This document shows positions 47,201 to 64,000 of a DNA stretch of 64,000 nt, piece by piece. The stretch is from assembly GCA_950097015.1 (NCBI GenBank), contig CATNEN010000034.1:2046001-2110000 (forward strand). Reading direction: 5' to 3'. The stretch comes from Macrostomum hystrix. Its lineage: Eukaryota; Animalia; Platyhelminthes. The notes below the pieces were generated by a model, which worked only from the letters and a program-made list of their open reading frames with translations, was not told the origin of the DNA and did no database searches. Position numbers and translations under genes: made by a program. Position 1 is the stretch's first letter. Each line of letters opens with the position of its first letter.

Positions 47201-47664
47201 CCGTCAGGAATGGCCAAGAGGAACTTCTTGGCCACATTGGCGGCTGTCCAATAGTTGTAGTCTCGCCAGTCCACCGGACGACCTTCGCCAAGGCAGCGAA
47301 TGATTCGCTTCATATCGCTAGGATTTCCCGGACGTCTAAATAGGTCGTTAACAGCGACACCATCGCGAGCCACGTGTACCAGAAGGTCGCGTAGCGGCGA
47401 CGGCAGGGTGCCGCCGCTAATCCGACAGACTTCAGTGAGCGGCACGCCAAACTTTAATCTACTGGGCGGCTGGCTGTGCCGAGTCTGCTGGCCAGCGGCC
47501 TCTGGCGAGGAGGAGATCGATCCACCGGCGTCACCTCCGCTGCCGCCGCCGTCGACTCCGCCACCGAGGCCGCCGCCTCCGCCGCCGCCAACGCCCACGC
47601 CGCCACCGCCGCCGCCAGGTCGGCGAGCGCGAACGCAGGCGAACAAAGACCTGACTAGAGACAT
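33523..47664 (-). CDS. RhoGAP-domain protein (~581 aa) with poly-G and poly-Q tracts
   Basis: Exons 47664-47117, 38761-38590, 38503-38371, 35565-35111, 33960-33523 (1746 nt, phases 2/0/1/0 consistent). KFGVPLTEVC...DLFRRPGN (arginine finger)...TAANVAKKFLLAIPDGL...VAKSVAGSMF are RhoGAP-type motifs. Start codon and any extra small exons between 35566 and 38370 are uncertain. Confidence 0.82.
34655..34985. repeat. 16-bp minisatellite GGGAAATGGGGATC(A/G)T
   Basis: Read directly. Confidence 0.92.
35135..35215 (-). repeat. Pure (CAG)27 coding trinucleotide repeat (polyQ) in RhoGAP exon 4
   Basis: 81 nt of uninterrupted CTG on +, in frame as Gln on -. Confidence 0.9.
35655..36100. repeat. ~22-bp minisatellite GGAGATGGGGAAT(G/A)(A)GGATCTTA
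   Basis: Read directly. Confidence 0.88.
36975..38358. repeat. 33-bp minisatellite GAATGTGCATTAGGCAGTGGGTGAGAGGAATGC
   Basis: Read directly. Confidence 0.95.
38805..39852. repeat. 18-bp minisatellite ATGAGCTATGCCTCCTTC / ATGAGCTATGCCTGCCAT
   Basis: Read directly. Confidence 0.95.
40265..40905. repeat. 19-bp minisatellite GCCGAATCATTGAGAATTT
   Basis: Includes an internal ~130-bp duplication. Confidence 0.92.
41825..42790. repeat. ~24-25-bp minisatellite GAGAAGTAGACAGTGAGAAATGTGG with an (AGTAGA)n insert
   Basis: Read directly. Confidence 0.92.
43575..46070. repeat. 21-bp minisatellite AGTGAGAAGTA(G/C)AGTGGTAAT x~118
   Basis: Longest array in the window; the source of the 825-867 aa artefact ORFs. 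Confidence 0.96.
46445..47075. repeat. 18-20-bp minisatellite GTCTCATTAGAGAGT(CCCC/GCAC)A grading into GTCATTCGGGAGTGCCCAGT
   Basis: Read directly. Confidence 0.92.
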
Positions 47665-47884
47665 AAAACAAGGTTTTGCTTACAGTATCAAGCACTCAGT
47701 TTGCTTGCAAAACAACTAGTCTTCTTCGAGACAATTTGGTTGGTTGAAGTCGAAGCGACCAGCTGGTTACAGACCCGGGGAGAACAGGCAGCCCGACCTG
47801 GCCGCCACCCCAGTGGGCCGCTACTGCTCAAGTCTCCACCGCGGACCAGTCAGTCAACTGCGGGCGACGCGGAATCTGCCTGGC

Positions 47885-47898
47885 GTTGCTATGGCAAC
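47885..47898. promoter_or_regulatory. RFX X-box GTTGCTATGGCAAC upstream of the RhoGAP gene
   Basis: 14-bp consensus X-box 221 bp 5' of the ATG (47664), at the edge of a GC-rich leader and the AT-rich intergenic region. Confidence 0.65.
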
Positions 47899-50155
47899 TG
47901 TTAATCTGGGGTTGTCAACTGCTGCAGCTGCAAATGCCAAGGGGTGAAGGGAATAAAATGGTTTCAATGAATGGATGTACAGTTATTAAACTTCTAAAAT
48001 CTATGTATGTAAAGGCCTGTCTAAATCTAAGTGCCACAACAAAGATTGTTCGGTGGGAAAACTTTTCTTGATTTTACATTTTGCTTAATGGAACTTCATA
48101 AGTAAAAAATAGCTTGATCAAATCATGATCAAAACATGATCATGATAGTCGATTTGATCTCAATAGTAAAACTTTTTTGTACTTATTGCATTTTACATTT
48201 TTTACTTTAAAATGTTCATTTAAAGGTAATAAGTATATAAAATTATGTCTAATTGCACCCCCTAGCTTGGGTGATGAATAATAAATAATATGGCTATTGT
48301 TATGGTAAATGTCTAATTTAAATCATATGTAGTGACATAAAATAAATAGTCTAGCCTCATTTTAATATACTTGCAATAAATTAACATAGCTAGCTATATT
48401 CAAAACACAAGAAAATTGCTTTGCTCACTGTATCTTATATTGCTATTCATATATTATATTACTATTGATAATAAGCTATACAATACAGATATTTAATGTT
48501 TTACAAACAAAACAAAGCATATTTAGCATAGATACAGATATGTAGGTAATTTAAAGGATTAGCTTATTTTGCGAAAATAATATAAACAGAAAAAAATTTG
48601 CACTTAGTACACATGACAAGCTTGTTTAAAACAGGTTTTTGTTGCTAATCATTATCGCTTGGATTAGGTCCTATCTATTCTTAGTTTTAAAAGGTGTTTG
48701 GAAAGAACACACTCTGTGGTAATAAGAAACCTTTTTTGAAGAGTGACGAACGCTAATTCATATATAACTCATAATTATATAAATTAAACACGCTGCCAAT
48801 GTAGAATGGAATTCGAGGAGTTCTTAGTGTCAATTGAAATTATATAACTAATAATTAATTGAAACCTTCAATAGAAGGTAAGACATGCTACATTTGAAGG
48901 TCCATCGGATGTAATATATATTATTCGAGATTTATAACTATAGATGAAATAGTAAAAAAAGAAATTAGAGAACAAAGCTTTTTTGTGTCATGGTAATGGT
49001 AGTCAGTGTCTCTCTGTGTAATACGGTCACTACTGCATTTATCTTAACAATAATGAATTCTAAAATGGTGCGTTCTTACAAAGTGTTAATTTTAAATCCA
49101 GATTTCAATGCATAATATGTTTTACCTAACATAAGCACAAAAAGCCGAGTAAGTATTCAGTATTATTTAAAGAGATGCTATTAAATTTCTTAAGCAAAGA
49201 CTGACTTAAAAAATTGTTATAATATTACACCACGATAATCGAAAGTGAGAAAGACATGACGGTTATCGCTGGCGTTCGTCAATTAAATTCCACCTTTTCT
49301 TTTTTCTTTGATGTTTACACATAATATTAACGAGTATTTAACAGTTAATAATATTGTTAATGAGATATTTAACTATTTTATTTACTACGAAACTCCCAAA
49401 CATGCCCAGTGATTTGCTCAAAACTATAACGAATATAATTAAATCGAAACAAATCAATCATGGCACTTGCAAACTGAAAACATTCTTTATGTTGATCCGA
49501 AAGGCAAAAATGAAAATAATTAAAGTCTCGAGGAAATAAAAAGACACGTAGCTGGGATTACAAAAAGGCAAATGAGTTATAGTGCCTGACTCGAGAATAA
49601 ATTGCTTCGATGTTAATGTAGCAATCGCAACAAAGTGTATATTGATTGCAGCGGAAAAGGAAGAAATTCTTACATTGAGTAGCCCGCAATAGAGAAATCA
49701 AATAAAGACATGAAAAAAATTCGGAAGTGATAGAGAAAATACTCCTGCAGTGGCAAATCAAATTTTAGAACACGATTGTCAAAAAAGTATAATATCAATC
49801 GGGTTTCGCTTGTGCCACAAGGAAAAATTCGACATTATAACGAAAAAAAATTGTCACATTCCTTTTTAAATCCTAAGGTCGTAACTAATCCTAAATCCTA
49901 AATCCTAAATCCTAAAATTCTTGTCACTGCCTTTGAAGACTTGATCGATAATTCAATTAGGAAGCAAGTGCATGAAGCCAAAGCAAAAAGACAAAAGCTC
50001 TACAAAAAGTCAAATGGGCTGAATAGATATAACAAATTGCGAATGTAAAATAATTAATGGACTATTTTGTTTTTACCATAATATTGGCATGACATAAGTA
50101 ATAAAAAAGCACACTTTGAGTTACATTTCAGATTAGCATTGCAGATTTTAAAAAA

Positions 50156-63527
<13,372 letters not shown>

Positions 63528-63654
63528 CTGAAGTTTGAAGAGGTATTGAGCTTGTTCTCTGGTCCGCCGCACAAAAAGTTCATGTTACAATAATAATATT
63601 TGCAGAGGATTCATTTCATTGGAGACAGCTTTTCATACACCATTCCGCTGAGCA

Positions 63655-63873
63655 AACACGCACATGGATACTGTACGCAGGCAGAAATTTGCACAGGTGT
63701 GTACGAGCGTACATCTGCCCCGTCTTTCTCTTCGTCAGGCAGAATACACTCTCACTGCGCCTTGGGGGTTGGGGCTTCTAAGGGCCAAAAAGTTGCACGA
63801 CAGCCTCCCAAGCCTTCTCTCCGCAGCTGCGCCCTAAAAGAATGTGGCCTCGCCGCGGATTCGAGCTCAGGAA
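63655..63873 (-). mobile_element. SINE-A, partial diverged copy
   Basis: CTGTACGCAGGC...TCGTCAGGCAG...GTGGCCTCGCCGCGGATTCGAGCTCAGG. Confidence 0.8.
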
Positions 63874-64000
63874 CAGCCACTGGAACTCACGCATTTGGCC
63901 ATGTTGAATAGGGAGACTTTGGCGCCGGCTTTGCTTGGCTGACGTCGCAGCTCTCGCAAACGAAAGGCCGAAACGCAGAGCAGAAACGCAGCAGGAATCC

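Overview
Eukaryotic (animal) genomic DNA; nothing prokaryotic, no CRISPR. Four spliced protein-coding genes were assembled by hand with phase-consistent splice junctions: (1) 3' part of a SEL1L3-like Sel1-repeat membrane protein (+, <1..4442); (2) a complete Shaw/Kv3-type voltage-gated K+ channel (+, 7873..28988, ~554 aa) whose 10.5-kb first intron has a GC donor; (3) a RhoGAP-domain gene (-, 47664..33523, ~581 aa) with a (CAG)27 polyQ tract and an RFX X-box upstream; (4) an ABCC1/MRP1-like long-form ABC transporter (-, >63527..50156, 20 exons, ~1492 aa in the window, 5' end outside). By hand tally about 40% of the window is minisatellite: over 30 arrays, most with a private unit and many starting within tens of bases of a splice donor. 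Two tRNA-headed SINE families (an unnamed ~390-bp family called SINE-A here, and a CORE-type SINE) and small MITE-like elements are present, some nested. Almost all long ORFs in the supplied track are artefacts of repeats. GC-rich exons, homopolymeric amino-acid runs, TTAGGG tracts and extreme intronic simple repeats suggest an invertebrate such as a macrostomid flatworm (inference only). No clearly new multi-gene system is evident. The most unusual signals are an HDV-ribozyme-like core in SINE-A, a SINE pair capped by inverted telomeric repeats, donor-proximal private minisatellites, and possible regulatory splicing features of the Kv3 gene. Repeat boundaries are approximate (about +/-10-20 bp).
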